A stretch of 64,000 nt of DNA from Lachnospiraceae bacterium UBA3826 (lineage in GTDB: Bacteria; Bacillota; Clostridia; Lachnospirales; Lachnospiraceae), in contig DGII01000036.1 of the NCBI GenBank assembly GCA_002393095.1, forward strand, positions 4,808 through 68,807, written 5' to 3'. Both the position numbers and the translations under genes were made by a program. Of this stretch, positions 37,565 through 47,224 are shown one piece after another. Positions within the stretch are counted from its first letter, which is position 1; every line of letters starts with the position of its first letter. The notes below the pieces were generated by a model. The model saw nothing but the letters and a program-made list of their open reading frames with translations, was not told where the DNA came from and ran no database searches.

Positions 37565-39175
37565 TCATCTTATACTCGTTCCCCTTATCGCCTGTTTGAC
37601 TTTAAGCAGGCTTCCGGGGGATACCGAGAGTTCATCCACACCCATCCTCAGAAGATCTCTTGTAAATGTCGTATCCGCAGCAAGCTCACCGCATACGCAT
37701 ACCTTTTTCCCGGCATCGTGGGCATTGGTGATTATCATCTTAAGCATACGTATAACTGCCTGATGATGATAGTCGCATATGAATTCAAGCTCGGTATTCT
37801 GTCTGTCTACAGCCAGTGTATACTGGGTCAGGTCATTGGTTCCTATTGAGAAAAAATCCACCTCTTTGGCTAAAAGGTCGGATATGACTGCTGCTGCCGG
37901 TGTCTCTATCATCACACCCACCCTGCAGTCACGGTATTCAATACCCTCTCTGTCAAGCTCTGCTTTTGCTTCATTCATTACTGAACGTATCTGCCATATC
38001 TCCTCTATTGAGATTATCATGGGCAGGAGGATTGATATGTGACCGCAGGCCGCTGCCCTGTATATGGCTTTAAGCTGTGTCCTGAATACATCCTTATGTC
38101 CCAGACAATATCTGACGGCTCTCATACCCATGGCCGGATTATCCTCATGCTTAAACTGCATATAAGCCTCGGTCTTATCCGCACCTATGTCAATTGTCCT
38201 GACTATAAGCTCCTTACCGTCAAGTATGCGGACAGCCTCGGTATATGTGTCGTATTGCTCCTCCTCAGTGGGATAGTCATCCCTGTCCAAATAGAAAAGC
38301 TCCGTTCTGAACAGTCCTATTCCTTCGCAGCCGTTATCTATAGCCCTCTTAACATCATCCACACTTCCCACATTGGACATAAGACCTATATGCTTTCCGT
38401 CCAAGGTGACACAGGGCTCCGCCTTAAGGAGCTTCAGATTCTTATCCCTCTCCTCGCTCTCTTCCTTCTTTCTCTTGTATATAAGGAGCTGTTCCTCATC
38501 CGGATCTATTATCAGATTACCGGTATACGCATCCACAATGGCGGTCAGTCCCTCACAGTCCTTAGGGAAATCCACCGCCACAATGGCCGGAATATTAAGG
38601 GATCTTGCAAGGATAGCCGTATGTGAGAGGTTGGAGCCTCTCCTTGTAACGAATGCAAGTATCCTGTCCTTATCAAGCTGCATAGTCTGGCTTGGTGTCA
38701 GATCATCCGCAAGCAGTATATACTTACCCTCAGGCATCGTGATGACGGTATGTCTCCCCGTCAGTATACGGATGATGCGGTCGCTTATATCGCCTATATC
38801 CTCCGCTCTTGCCTGCATATATTCATCATCCATTGCAAGGAACAAATTACATATACTGTCCCTTGTCTCCTCAACTGCATGCTCAGCCGGAATCTGTCTG
38901 TCTCTGATACGCTTCTCTACAGCCTCCACGTATGCAGGATCGTCAAGCATAACAAGGTATGAGTTAAGCAGGGCAGCATTCATCTTGTTGTCCTCTTCCT
39001 CCGCCTTATCACGTAGCTGTGTAAGCTGTATACGGGCAACTGCTCTTGCTTCGGTGAATCTTCTTATCTCACCCGTATTCCCCAGATACCCTGATATCTC
39101 TCCCGCCTTGGCATGACCTCTGTATATTGTTAATGTTCCGATGGCTATTCCTTCGGATACTGCTTTTCCCTGCAC
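37565..39175 (-). CDS. ptsI: PTS enzyme I (phosphoenolpyruvate-protein phosphotransferase)
   Basis: SHTAILAR phospho-His, GIGLFRTE, SIGTNDLTQY, CVCGE. Confidence 0.93.
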   Translation of the reverse strand: MQGKAVSEGIAIGTLTIYRGHAKAGEISGYLGNTGEIRRFTEARAVARIQLTQLRDKAEEEDNKMNAALLNSYLVMLDDPAYVEAVEKRIRDRQIPAEHAVEETRDSICNLFLAMDDEYMQARAEDIGDISDRIIRILTGRHTVITMPEGKYILLADDLTPSQTMQLDKDRILAFVTRRGSNLSHTAILARSLNIPAIVAVDFPKDCEGLTAIVDAYTGNLIIDPDEEQLLIYKRKKEESEERDKNLKLLKAEPCVTLDGKHIGLMSNVGSVDDVKRAIDNGCEGIGLFRTELFYLDRDDYPTEEEQYDTYTEAVRILDGKELIVRTIDIGADKTEAYMQFKHEDNPAMGMRAVRYCLGHKDVFRTQLKAIYRAAACGHISILLPMIISIEEIWQIRSVMNEAKAELDREGIEYRDCRVGVMIETPAAAVISDLLAKEVDFFSIGTNDLTQYTLAVDRQNTELEFICDYHHQAVIRMLKMIITNAHDAGKKVCVCGELAADTTFTRDLLRMGVDELSVSPGSLLKVKQAIRGTSIR

Positions 39176-42100
39176 TCAAACCTCTCTTCCGTCCCCTGCG
39201 GACCTGAATATATCCGTCAGGGTATTAACAAGTACATTAATATCTATAGGCTTGGCGATATGAGCGTTCATACCTGCCTCTTTCGCTTTCTTCACATCCT
39301 CCGAGAAAGCGTTGGCTGTCATGGCTACTATCGGTATACTTGCCAAAACCTCATCCTCCAACCCTCTTATTGTTCTGGTGGCCTCATAACCATCCATAAC
39401 CGGCATCTGAATATCCATAAGCACACCATCAAAGTGTCCGTGCGGAGAGGTTCTTACCTTCTCAACCGCTTCCCGTCCATTCTCAGCGATCTCTACTACA
39501 AATCCCAGTCTCCTAAGTATCTTGAGCGCTATCTCCCTGTTGATGGCCACATCCTCCACAAGAAGCAGACGAAGCCCCGTAAAGTCCGCACCCTTATCGG
39601 GCTTATCGGCCTCGGCCTTACTTCCGGCAGGCTCAGGTGCGATACCGAATGTGAGCCTTACTATAAATTCCGTACCCTGTTCCGGTGCCGTATCAACCTC
39701 TATGGTTCCTCCCATCAGATCAACGATACTCTTGGTTATGGCCATTCCCAGACCGCTTCCCTGAATACCGCTTACCGTAGAGGTTCTCTCCTGCTCGAAT
39801 GCCTCGAAGACTCTGGCTGCGAACTCCTTGGTCATTCCTATACCGCTGTCCTTGACACGAAGCTCATATCTTCCGTGATCCTTATCATCATCCATTATCT
39901 GCCATATGTTCACACTGACGGTTCCACCCTCAGGAGTGAATTTATACGCATTACTTAACAGATTCAGAAGCACTCTGTTCAGCCGGTTCTTGTCGCAATA
40001 GACGAACCTGTCCTTGATCTGTGAGGTATCCACCACGAAAGCTATGTCCTTCTCCCCCATCTGTGTAGCGAACATATCCCTAAGCTCTTCAAAGGTCTTC
40101 CTAAGGTCTATCGGAATAAGCTCAAGATCCATCTTACCTGTCTCTATACGGCTCATCTCCAGTACATCATTGATAAGCGCAAGGAGATGATAGCTTGATG
40201 TCTTGATCTTACCTAAGTACTCTCTCATACCGTTGAAATCCACATCCTTCTGCTCTGCCAGATTGATATAGCCTATAATGGCATTCATGGGAGTACGTAT
40301 ATCATGAGACATATTGGATAGGAAGGTAGATTTGGCGATGCTTCGCTCCTCTGCTACGCCCTTGGCTCTCTCCATCTGTCTCTCTCTCTTGGATATGGTA
40401 TTGTATATACTGAACATGATACCGAGGGATGCCAGAATAATGCACATCTGTATAATATTGTTACGGGTCTGTAGCCCTGATGCCATCTCTATCTGTGAAT
40501 CTATATATGCCTTGGTAAGCTCCGTATTCTCCACCTTTCCTTCAGTTATATCCCTGTTCTCATAGTAGTCGCTTATGTTGCCTGTGATCTCCTTGGTCAT
40601 ATCATCATTGGCCTGCTTGATCCACATAAGAGATGTGAAGAATATGAGGAAAAGAAGTCCGATCCACACAACCGTAGACTTTCCGAATCTTCTCTCTTTA
40701 TCCCTGCCGAACACATATCTGAAGAAGATAAATCCCAGTATACTCCAGAATGCGAGTATGAGATACGACTCCGTAGCCATGGCACCCACTGACCATGACA
40801 TGAAATAGAAGAAGAATATCACCGACATTATCAGTCCGATGATCCCTGTAGCAATGATCTTCCCATCCTTCTCCTTCCTTGCAAGCGTGAAAGCGGCAGC
40901 AGAGGTGTACGCATAGGCTATGGTTGCTCCGATGGTATTGACATCAACTATCCACCCTATGGCGGTGCGGCCTAAGAACGGGATCACCATGGATATGCAC
41001 ATAAGGAACATCACCGCATTCTTAGGCGTTCCGTCTGTGCTCAAGGCACCGAACCACTTGGGCAGCATGCCATCCTCGGACATTGTATACATCAGTCTGC
41101 TGGCCGCTATGAAATTGCCCACAAGCCCTGTGATGACACCTGCAATGACTGTGAATGTCAGTATCACGAAGCCTGTAGTGCCCATTACGCTTTTGACCGA
41201 ATAGAATACAGGCAGTCCTTCAAGACCACCGACCCCCGGAAGAGCCGCGATGTATTCACCCGTGCTGTTATACTGTGGCGGGACTACTGACGAAGTCAGA
41301 CCCGACAGCAGCAGATACGCTATCATTCCGGTCAGTACCGATGTTCCCAATATGATTATCGATCTTTTAACAGGGAAGTCAAAGTCTTCCGTGGAATTGG
41401 ATACGGATTCAAATCCCGCAAAAGCCCACGGTGTAAGGGCGATAATACTGCATATCTGCGATATGACCGGTCTTCCTGAAGCCGAGAAGCCACTGTAGAG
41501 GTCTGTAAAGCTTTTATCAGACAAATCAAACACCGTAAAGGCACATATCACTATACCGGCAAGAAGAATGACAGCCAGTACTATCTGAATCGTTATGGCA
41601 AGTCTCTTACCGTACATACAGCAGCATCCGAAGACTGCAGTGATCACTACGGAGAGCAGTACCTCTCCCATATATATATCGTAGCCCAGTATCACATAAT
41701 GAAACCCGAACTGGAAAAGGGCACCGAAGAGCTTCCTGAATATAAGCGAGAGTGCTGTAGCGTTAGCCCAGATAATAGCTATATACACAAGCATTAAAAA
41801 CCATGCGCTTAAAAAGCCATGATCATATCCGAAAGCCTTGATCGTATATGTAAGTGTACCGCCGGCATCCGGATATCTGTTCATAAGATAGTGGTAATTC
41901 ACACCTATAATGAACATAATAACCGCACCGATCATGATACCTACGGCAGTTCCTGCCGGACCCGCTAAGGGGAGAAAGGTTGTTCCCGGCATGACGAAAG
42001 CGCCCCATCCCACAGCACAACCGAATGACAGTGCCCACACTGCCATCGGGGATAGGTACTTCTTAAGTCCGGATCTTTCTATATTATCCCGCCTGTCCAA
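39176..42100 (-). CDS. APC-family amino acid permease fused to a hybrid histidine kinase (HisKA-HATPase-REC)
   Basis: APC motifs GCAVGWGAF, WAFAGFE, AASRLMYTMS.DG.LP; SHDIRTP; NLLSNAYKFT; MDIQMPVMDG. Confidence 0.88.
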   Translation of the reverse strand: MDRRDNIERSGLKKYLSPMAVWALSFGCAVGWGAFVMPGTTFLPLAGPAGTAVGIMIGAVIMFIIGVNYHYLMNRYPDAGGTLTYTIKAFGYDHGFLSAWFLMLVYIAIIWANATALSLIFRKLFGALFQFGFHYVILGYDIYMGEVLLSVVITAVFGCCCMYGKRLAITIQIVLAVILLAGIVICAFTVFDLSDKSFTDLYSGFSASGRPVISQICSIIALTPWAFAGFESVSNSTEDFDFPVKRSIIILGTSVLTGMIAYLLLSGLTSSVVPPQYNSTGEYIAALPGVGGLEGLPVFYSVKSVMGTTGFVILTFTVIAGVITGLVGNFIAASRLMYTMSEDGMLPKWFGALSTDGTPKNAVMFLMCISMVIPFLGRTAIGWIVDVNTIGATIAYAYTSAAAFTLARKEKDGKIIATGIIGLIMSVIFFFYFMSWSVGAMATESYLILAFWSILGFIFFRYVFGRDKERRFGKSTVVWIGLLFLIFFTSLMWIKQANDDMTKEITGNISDYYENRDITEGKVENTELTKAYIDSQIEMASGLQTRNNIIQMCIILASLGIMFSIYNTISKRERQMERAKGVAEERSIAKSTFLSNMSHDIRTPMNAIIGYINLAEQKDVDFNGMREYLGKIKTSSYHLLALINDVLEMSRIETGKMDLELIPIDLRKTFEELRDMFATQMGEKDIAFVVDTSQIKDRFVYCDKNRLNRVLLNLLSNAYKFTPEGGTVSVNIWQIMDDDKDHGRYELRVKDSGIGMTKEFAARVFEAFEQERTSTVSGIQGSGLGMAITKSIVDLMGGTIEVDTAPEQGTEFIVRLTFGIAPEPAGSKAEADKPDKGADFTGLRLLLVEDVAINREIALKILRRLGFVVEIAENGREAVEKVRTSPHGHFDGVLMDIQMPVMDGYEATRTIRGLEDEVLASIPIVAMTANAFSEDVKKAKEAGMNAHIAKPIDINVLVNTLTDIFRSAGDGREV

Positions 42101-42119
42101 AGCTCTTCCCTCTCTTTAA

Positions 42120-42344
42120 TCAATGTCTGATATTACCCTGTTCCTGTTTATCCGATTTGTTCAATCCTTCACCCTTTATGTAGTATTCAAGCAGTCTGAG
42201 TACATATTCGGGAGCATGCCTGTTATCCCTCTCCCACTCCGTAACCGTACGATATGATATACCGAAAAGCTCACAGAACTGCTTCCTGTTCATTCCTGTG
42301 GACTCACGTAATTCCTTTATCTTCTTCTGAGTGTTATTATCCAT
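42120..42344 (-). CDS. Small XRE-family helix-turn-helix regulator
   Basis: IKELRESTGMNRKQFCELFGISYRTVTEWE; start moved to MDNN. Confidence 0.8.
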   Translation of the reverse strand: MDNNTQKKIKELRESTGMNRKQFCELFGISYRTVTEWERDNRHAPEYVLRLLEYYIKGEGLNKSDKQEQGNIRH

Positions 42345-42477
42345 GCATTCCCTCCGTCTCCTGCATCCGGTCAACCTTGCATATCTTCGAAAATCTCTAG
42401 TACTTATTAATGATACACTCTGTGTATTTTATCATATTACATATACAAAAAGAATAGACTTTTTTTTGATTTGAGTG

Positions 42478-42515
42478 TTGACAATCGTTTTTTAATTGTG
42501 TACAATCTAATTGCA
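42478..42515 (+). promoter_or_regulatory. SigmaA promoter of gpx with overlapping OhrR-like operator
   Basis: TTGACA-N17-TACAAT; TACAATC-T-AATTGCA resembles the B. subtilis OhrR box TACAATT-N-AATTGTA. Confidence 0.7.
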
Positions 42516-42572
42516 GCAAATCAAACCCATCCTTCTTACATGAAGGGTCAATGTAGAAACCGGAGGATAACT

Positions 42573-43112
42573 ATGAATTTATATGATTTTACTGTTAAAG
42601 CACGGGATGGCTCAGATGTTGCATTGTCTGATTTCAAGGGCAAGGTAGTCTTAGTGGTGAACACCGCTACAGGCTGCGGATTTACCCCCCAGTATGATGA
42701 GCTTCAGGATATGTATGATGAGCTTAAGGATAAGGGCTTCGAGATCCTTGACTTCCCCTGCAACCAGTTCGCTAATCAGGCACCCGGAAGCGATGAAGAG
42801 ATCCACACCTTCTGCAGCGGCAGATACGGTATCACCTTCCCTCAGTACAGCAAGGTGGATGTCAACGGTGAGAATGCCATTCCTTTATTCAAATGGCTCA
42901 CAGAGAATACCAAGTTCGAGGGCTTCAACGGTCCCGCCAAGCTCATGCTCACTCCTATAGTCAAGAAGATGGATGCCGATTACAAGAACAACGGCAACGT
43001 TAAGTGGAACTTCACCAAGTTCGTCATAGATAAGAACGGTGAGATTGCCGGACGCTTCGAGCCTACGGCTGATTGTAAGGATGTTAAGGCTAAGGTTGAA
43101 TCACTTTTATAA
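42573..43112 (+). CDS. gpx: Cysteine glutathione/thioredoxin peroxidase (Gpx family)
   Basis: VNTATGCGFT, FPCNQF, KWNFTKF; start moved to MNLYDF after GGAGG. Confidence 0.92.
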   Translation: MNLYDFTVKARDGSDVALSDFKGKVVLVVNTATGCGFTPQYDELQDMYDELKDKGFEILDFPCNQFANQAPGSDEEIHTFCSGRYGITFPQYSKVDVNGENAIPLFKWLTENTKFEGFNGPAKLMLTPIVKKMDADYKNNGNVKWNFTKFVIDKNGEIAGRFEPTADCKDVKAKVESLL

Positions 43113-43124
43113 TTGCGTTTTAAG

Positions 43125-43198
43125 GCATCGGCGAATCTGAAATTCGCCTCGCGAGCCTAGCACAAGCATCAAAGATGCTATGGCTCGGCATGGAGGAT
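43125..43198 (+). repeat. Multi-hairpin intergenic repeat (family B, copy 2)
   Basis: 34-nt exact match to 36042-36075; stem CGAGCC/GGCTCG enclosing TAGCA/TGCTA; ends at GGAGG. Confidence 0.85.
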
Positions 43199-43202
43199 TA
43201 AT

Positions 43203-43493
43203 ATGTTTCATTATGATTACAGAACACAGGGTACATGCTCACAGCTTATAAGCTTTGATCTTGAGGATGATGTTGTCCGCAACATCTCCTTCATGGGAGG
43301 CTGCAACGGCAATCTTAAGGCTGTATCCACACTTTGCGACGGTATGACCGTGGATCAGATAGAGAGCAAGCTTAAGGGAATACTGTGCGGTAGAAGACCT
43401 ACCTCATGCGGAGACCAGTTTGCAAGAGCCGTCAGAGAAGGCTATAATGCATCTAAGGACCCTGACTACACGCCCGAAGCTGTTGCAGACTGA
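43203..43493 (+). CDS. TSCPD-domain small protein (TIGR03905-like)
   Basis: GTCS, GGCNGN, CGRRPTSCGDQ motifs. Confidence 0.8.
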   Translation: MFHYDYRTQGTCSQLISFDLEDDVVRNISFMGGCNGNLKAVSTLCDGMTVDQIESKLKGILCGRRPTSCGDQFARAVREGYNASKDPDYTPEAVAD

Positions 43494-43536
43494 CAGGGCT
43501 CCGATACTTTACTCGGCATGGAGGATAATTCTACAT

Positions 43537-43968
43537 ATGGGAGATAAGTACGACTGTTTAAAGCTTGACAATCAGATATGCTTTCCGCTATATGCCTGTG
43601 CCAAGGAGATTGTGCGCAGATATAAGCCGCTGCTTGACAAGCTTGACCTGACTTATACACAATATATTACCATGATGGTCATGTGGGAGCATGAAAGGCT
43701 CAACGTCAAGGAACTTGGGAAGTATCTGTATCTGGATTCAGGTACACTCACACCACTGCTTAAGACACTGGAGAAAAAAGGGTACTTAAGCCGTACCCGT
43801 TCTGCGGATGACGAAAGGAACCTCATAATCACCATAACCGATAAGGGTATGGCTCTAAGAGATGCCGCCATAGAGGTGCCTTCTAAGATGGGTTCATGCT
43901 TTAACATGGAGCCTGAGGATGCGGCCACTCTCTACAGGCTGCTTCATAAGCTTATGGAAACATTCTGA
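43537..43968 (+). CDS. ohrR: MarR-family organic hydroperoxide sensor (OhrR-like)
   Basis: LDNQICFPLY with sensing Cys, LTYTQY, LDSGTLTPLLK, DER; start moved to MGDKY. Confidence 0.8.
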   Translation: MGDKYDCLKLDNQICFPLYACAKEIVRRYKPLLDKLDLTYTQYITMMVMWEHERLNVKELGKYLYLDSGTLTPLLKTLEKKGYLSRTRSADDERNLIITITDKGMALRDAAIEVPSKMGSCFNMEPEDAATLYRLLHKLMETF

Positions 43969-43979
43969 TCATTGGGATA

Positions 43980-44318
43980 TCAAAGCTCAGCATCAAACTT
44001 GGCTTTGATATCCCACATTTTATTCAATAAAGGTGAATAATCGGTATCTGTCCGTGAGCGCAGAAGCTCGGTGATCTCACTTACGACATCATATAACGGG
44101 GTAAGTGCCAGATTGGCAAGTACACCCTTTATTGCATGCGCCTCTTCAAAAGCCCCCTCCAGATCCTTCGCCTTCACCTTCTCATCTAAAGCCTTATACC
44201 GCTCCCCACTAAAGGCTTCGGGAATAAGTCCTAAGTAGAACTCCTCATCATTAAAGCATCTTTCAAGCCCCTCCGATGTATTGCATCCAAGTTCATTAAG
44301 CTTCTCTACTGTTATCAT
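43980..44318 (-). CDS. Stand-alone Hpt phosphotransfer protein
   Basis: AHAIKG phospho-His motif in a 112 aa helical protein. Confidence 0.85.
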   Translation of the reverse strand: MITVEKLNELGCNTSEGLERCFNDEEFYLGLIPEAFSGERYKALDEKVKAKDLEGAFEEAHAIKGVLANLALTPLYDVVSEITELLRSRTDTDYSPLLNKMWDIKAKFDAEL

Positions 44319-46008
44319 ATTCTATCCTCTCCTTTATAAAATCGCTGAATCTGTCAGGATGTATGGGCTTGGAGAAATAGAAGCCCTGTATCACATGAAC
44401 CCCCGCCTGACGTAACAGCTCATACTGCTCCTTGAATTCAACCCCTTCAGCCACAACCGTCAGATTAAGATACTCCGCTATATCCATTATGAGTACCACC
44501 ATACGAAGATCCTTGGGGTTGGTATGGATGTTCCTTATGAATCTCATATCAAGCTTAAGTACATCTATCGGAAGTGAAGACAGCATATTAAGCGATGAAT
44601 ATCCCGTACCGAAATCATCCATCTCTATCCTGAAGCCGGCACTCCTTAAGTCATTAACTACCTCTATGATCCTGTCGGAATCCTCGGTATATGCTGACTC
44701 CGTGACTTCAAGCATATACTCATCCGGTGTGATGCCTGCTTCCTTCACGATGTTCATGATCTCATCTATAAAGCCCGGCTCCAGCATATCTATCCTTGAT
44801 ACGTTGACAGATACGGGGATAGTGATACCATATGTATTCTTCCACGCAGCTACCTGTGCTGCCGCTTCTCTCCAGACATATCTGTCAAGCTTCCTTATCA
44901 TGCCGTTCTCTTCAAACAGTGGTATGAAATGTCCCGGACTTATCATGCCAAGCTCCGGATGCTGCCATCTTATGAGCGCTTCCGCGGATGTAAGATGAGG
45001 CACACCCTCCTGTATGGCCATCTTAGGCTGATAATAGACGACAAACTGTTTCTCGGAAAGCGCCTTCTCCATATCGGCCATGAGCCTCTCCGCATATGCC
45101 TCCTTCTCCCTCATCTCAGAATCATAATATGCTATGTGCGCATTGTACTTGCCCTTTATACTGTTGCATGCAAGCAGGGCGCAATCCATCCTTCTGTGGA
45201 TATCCAGCCTCCTGTTGACTCTGGGATATATGCCTACCCTTATACGTCCTCCGGCATCCTCAAGCTTATCCGATACATCGGTAACTATCTGTCTGAATAT
45301 CTCCTCTATATAGTCCGTATGCGGCATGTATATATAGAACATATCCGCATGATATCTGCACGCTATTCCTCTGTTCTCCCTGACATAGCCCTTGACTGAT
45401 GCCGCTATCTTCTTAAGGAGTTCATCACCGAAGGGACGGCCGTACATCTCATTAAGGACATGAAAGCGATTGATATTGATGACCACCGCATCCATATCGG
45501 TATCCGGATAGTACTGATCGATCACTGTACAGTATTCCATGAAGAACTCCCTGTTGAAGAGACTTGTAAGCTCGTCATACTGAGTGGCGGACACGATATT
45601 GATATTCTCATACAGTTGTATGGTCTTATTCACTCTTGCCAGTATAACCTCCGGCAGATCATATGGCTTGGGGATGAAATCAGCCGCTCCCATATTAAGG
45701 CTCTTGACCTCTGCGCTCTTCTCTGATGTGAGGACGATCACAGGGATATGCTTAAGATTCACATCATTCTCTATGAGTGAAAGCAGCTCATATCCGTCCA
45801 TCACCGGCATCAGAAGGTCCAAAAGCACAAGTGAAAGTGTATCCTGATTATCCAATATTACAGTAAGCGCTTCTCTGCCGTTAGAGGCCTCCAGTATCTC
45901 ATAAGAGCCTTCAAGCATCTTCTCAAGCATCTTGCGGTTTACAGCCTCATCATCAACCACAAGTACCTTACGCTTAATCTTAAGTCTGTTCTCCATAAAT
46001 TCTTTCAT
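44296..46008 (-). CDS. REC-GGDEF(degenerate)-EAL c-di-GMP phosphodiesterase
   Basis: REC (VDDE, LDLLMP); GGDEF site reads YHADMF; YYQPK..AEALIRW and DDFGTGYSS intact; start uncertain (46008 or 46026). Confidence 0.87.
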   Translation of the reverse strand: MKEFMENRLKIKRKVLVVDDEAVNRKMLEKMLEGSYEILEASNGREALTVILDNQDTLSLVLLDLLMPVMDGYELLSLIENDVNLKHIPVIVLTSEKSAEVKSLNMGAADFIPKPYDLPEVILARVNKTIQLYENINIVSATQYDELTSLFNREFFMEYCTVIDQYYPDTDMDAVVININRFHVLNEMYGRPFGDELLKKIAASVKGYVRENRGIACRYHADMFYIYMPHTDYIEEIFRQIVTDVSDKLEDAGGRIRVGIYPRVNRRLDIHRRMDCALLACNSIKGKYNAHIAYYDSEMREKEAYAERLMADMEKALSEKQFVVYYQPKMAIQEGVPHLTSAEALIRWQHPELGMISPGHFIPLFEENGMIRKLDRYVWREAAAQVAAWKNTYGITIPVSVNVSRIDMLEPGFIDEIMNIVKEAGITPDEYMLEVTESAYTEDSDRIIEVVNDLRSAGFRIEMDDFGTGYSSLNMLSSLPIDVLKLDMRFIRNIHTNPKDLRMVVLIMDIAEYLNLTVVAEGVEFKEQYELLRQAGVHVIQGFYFSKPIHPDRFSDFIKERIEYDNSREA

Positions 46009-46186
46009 TAATGATCTCCATTGCATTCTTCTGTCATGATCTCAATAGTCTGTTATTACAGTATTAATAACACAATTATATGTTTTTTCGGTAATATTCT
46101 CAACATCTTTCGATAATTATCAGTAATTTATTGTCATTTTTTTATAAATTGTGTAGAATAAGATAGTGTGGAGGTAGTGTGCCTTA

Positions 46187-47224
46187 ATGTATGGTTTACG
46201 GCCCAGCGCTCTGGTGGTGGACGATGAGCGTGTCAATTTGCTTATATTGGAAAAGCTGCTTCGGGGAATGGGAGTAGATGTGACCGGTGCTTCAAGCGGA
46301 CGTGAATGCCTGACTCTGTGCGAGAGCAACAGATATGATTATGTATTCCTTGATCAGAGGATGCCCGGTCTTACAGGTACCGATACCATGACTAACCTTA
46401 AGCAGATCTTCTCTGCCTGCGGTATAAGCACTCCTATCATATGTGTGACGGGTCTTAACGGCAAGGAGGATCGCATCAGGCTTTTGGCAGAAGGCTTCAC
46501 TGACTATCTTGCCAAGCCTGTGGATAAGAAGCACTTAGAGCAGATACTTGCCAAGTACACTCCCGTAGGTAAGACTATCATAAGCGTAGAGGATGAGGAT
46601 GAGCTTGACGATCTGCCTAACTGGATAGGCGACTTAAGGGAGGTGGATGCCACTCACGGTATCAGGCATTGCGGTTCCGCCTCTGAGTTCCTTACCATCC
46701 TTGGTATATTCCGCAATTCCATCGAGGAGAAATCAATGCGGATCGAGGAGCTTTTTAAAGAAAGCAACTGGGAAGATCTGGGCATACTGGTACATTCCCT
46801 TAAGAGCACCTCAAGGGCTGTGGGCGCACTTGAGATATCGGATGTATGCATGATACTTGAGACCGCCTGTAATCAGGGCAACATCCCTCTGCTTAACGGA
46901 CTTACACCGAAGCTGCTTGCCAAGTACAGGGATCTGGGCAGGCATATTCAGGAATTGAGCGGCAGAGCGGATGATAAATCGGATCTTAAGGACATAACCT
47001 ATGAGGAGCTTAAGGAGGCCAACAGCTCCATAAGAGAGCTCATAGATCATTACGATTACGGCAGTATAGAGATTATCATGGAATCCCTTGAAGAGTACAA
47101 TATACCGCATGAATGGCGGGTATACTTCGATGGACTTAATCGTCATTTTAATAGAATGAATTGGGAAGGAGCCCGTTCTCTTATGAATGAGTTCGGGGAG
47201 TTGCACTTATCGGACAATGAGTAA
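46187..47224 (+). CDS. REC-Hpt phosphorelay protein
   Basis: VDDE, LDQRMPG, KP; Hpt VHSLKS. Confidence 0.82.
   Translation: MYGLRPSALVVDDERVNLLILEKLLRGMGVDVTGASSGRECLTLCESNRYDYVFLDQRMPGLTGTDTMTNLKQIFSACGISTPIICVTGLNGKEDRIRLLAEGFTDYLAKPVDKKHLEQILAKYTPVGKTIISVEDEDELDDLPNWIGDLREVDATHGIRHCGSASEFLTILGIFRNSIEEKSMRIEELFKESNWEDLGILVHSLKSTSRAVGALEISDVCMILETACNQGNIPLLNGLTPKLLAKYRDLGRHIQELSGRADDKSDLKDITYEELKEANSSIRELIDHYDYGSIEIIMESLEEYNIPHEWRVYFDGLNRHFNRMNWEGARSLMNEFGELHLSDNE

Noticed and set aside
42660-42690. Selenocysteine in the peroxidase
   Set aside because: The active-site codon is TGC (Cys), not TGA.
46084-46115. Sigma28 promoter for the EAL gene (GAAA-N15-ACCGAAAA on the minus strand)
   Set aside because: Mismatches in both boxes within AT-rich sequence; too weak to call.
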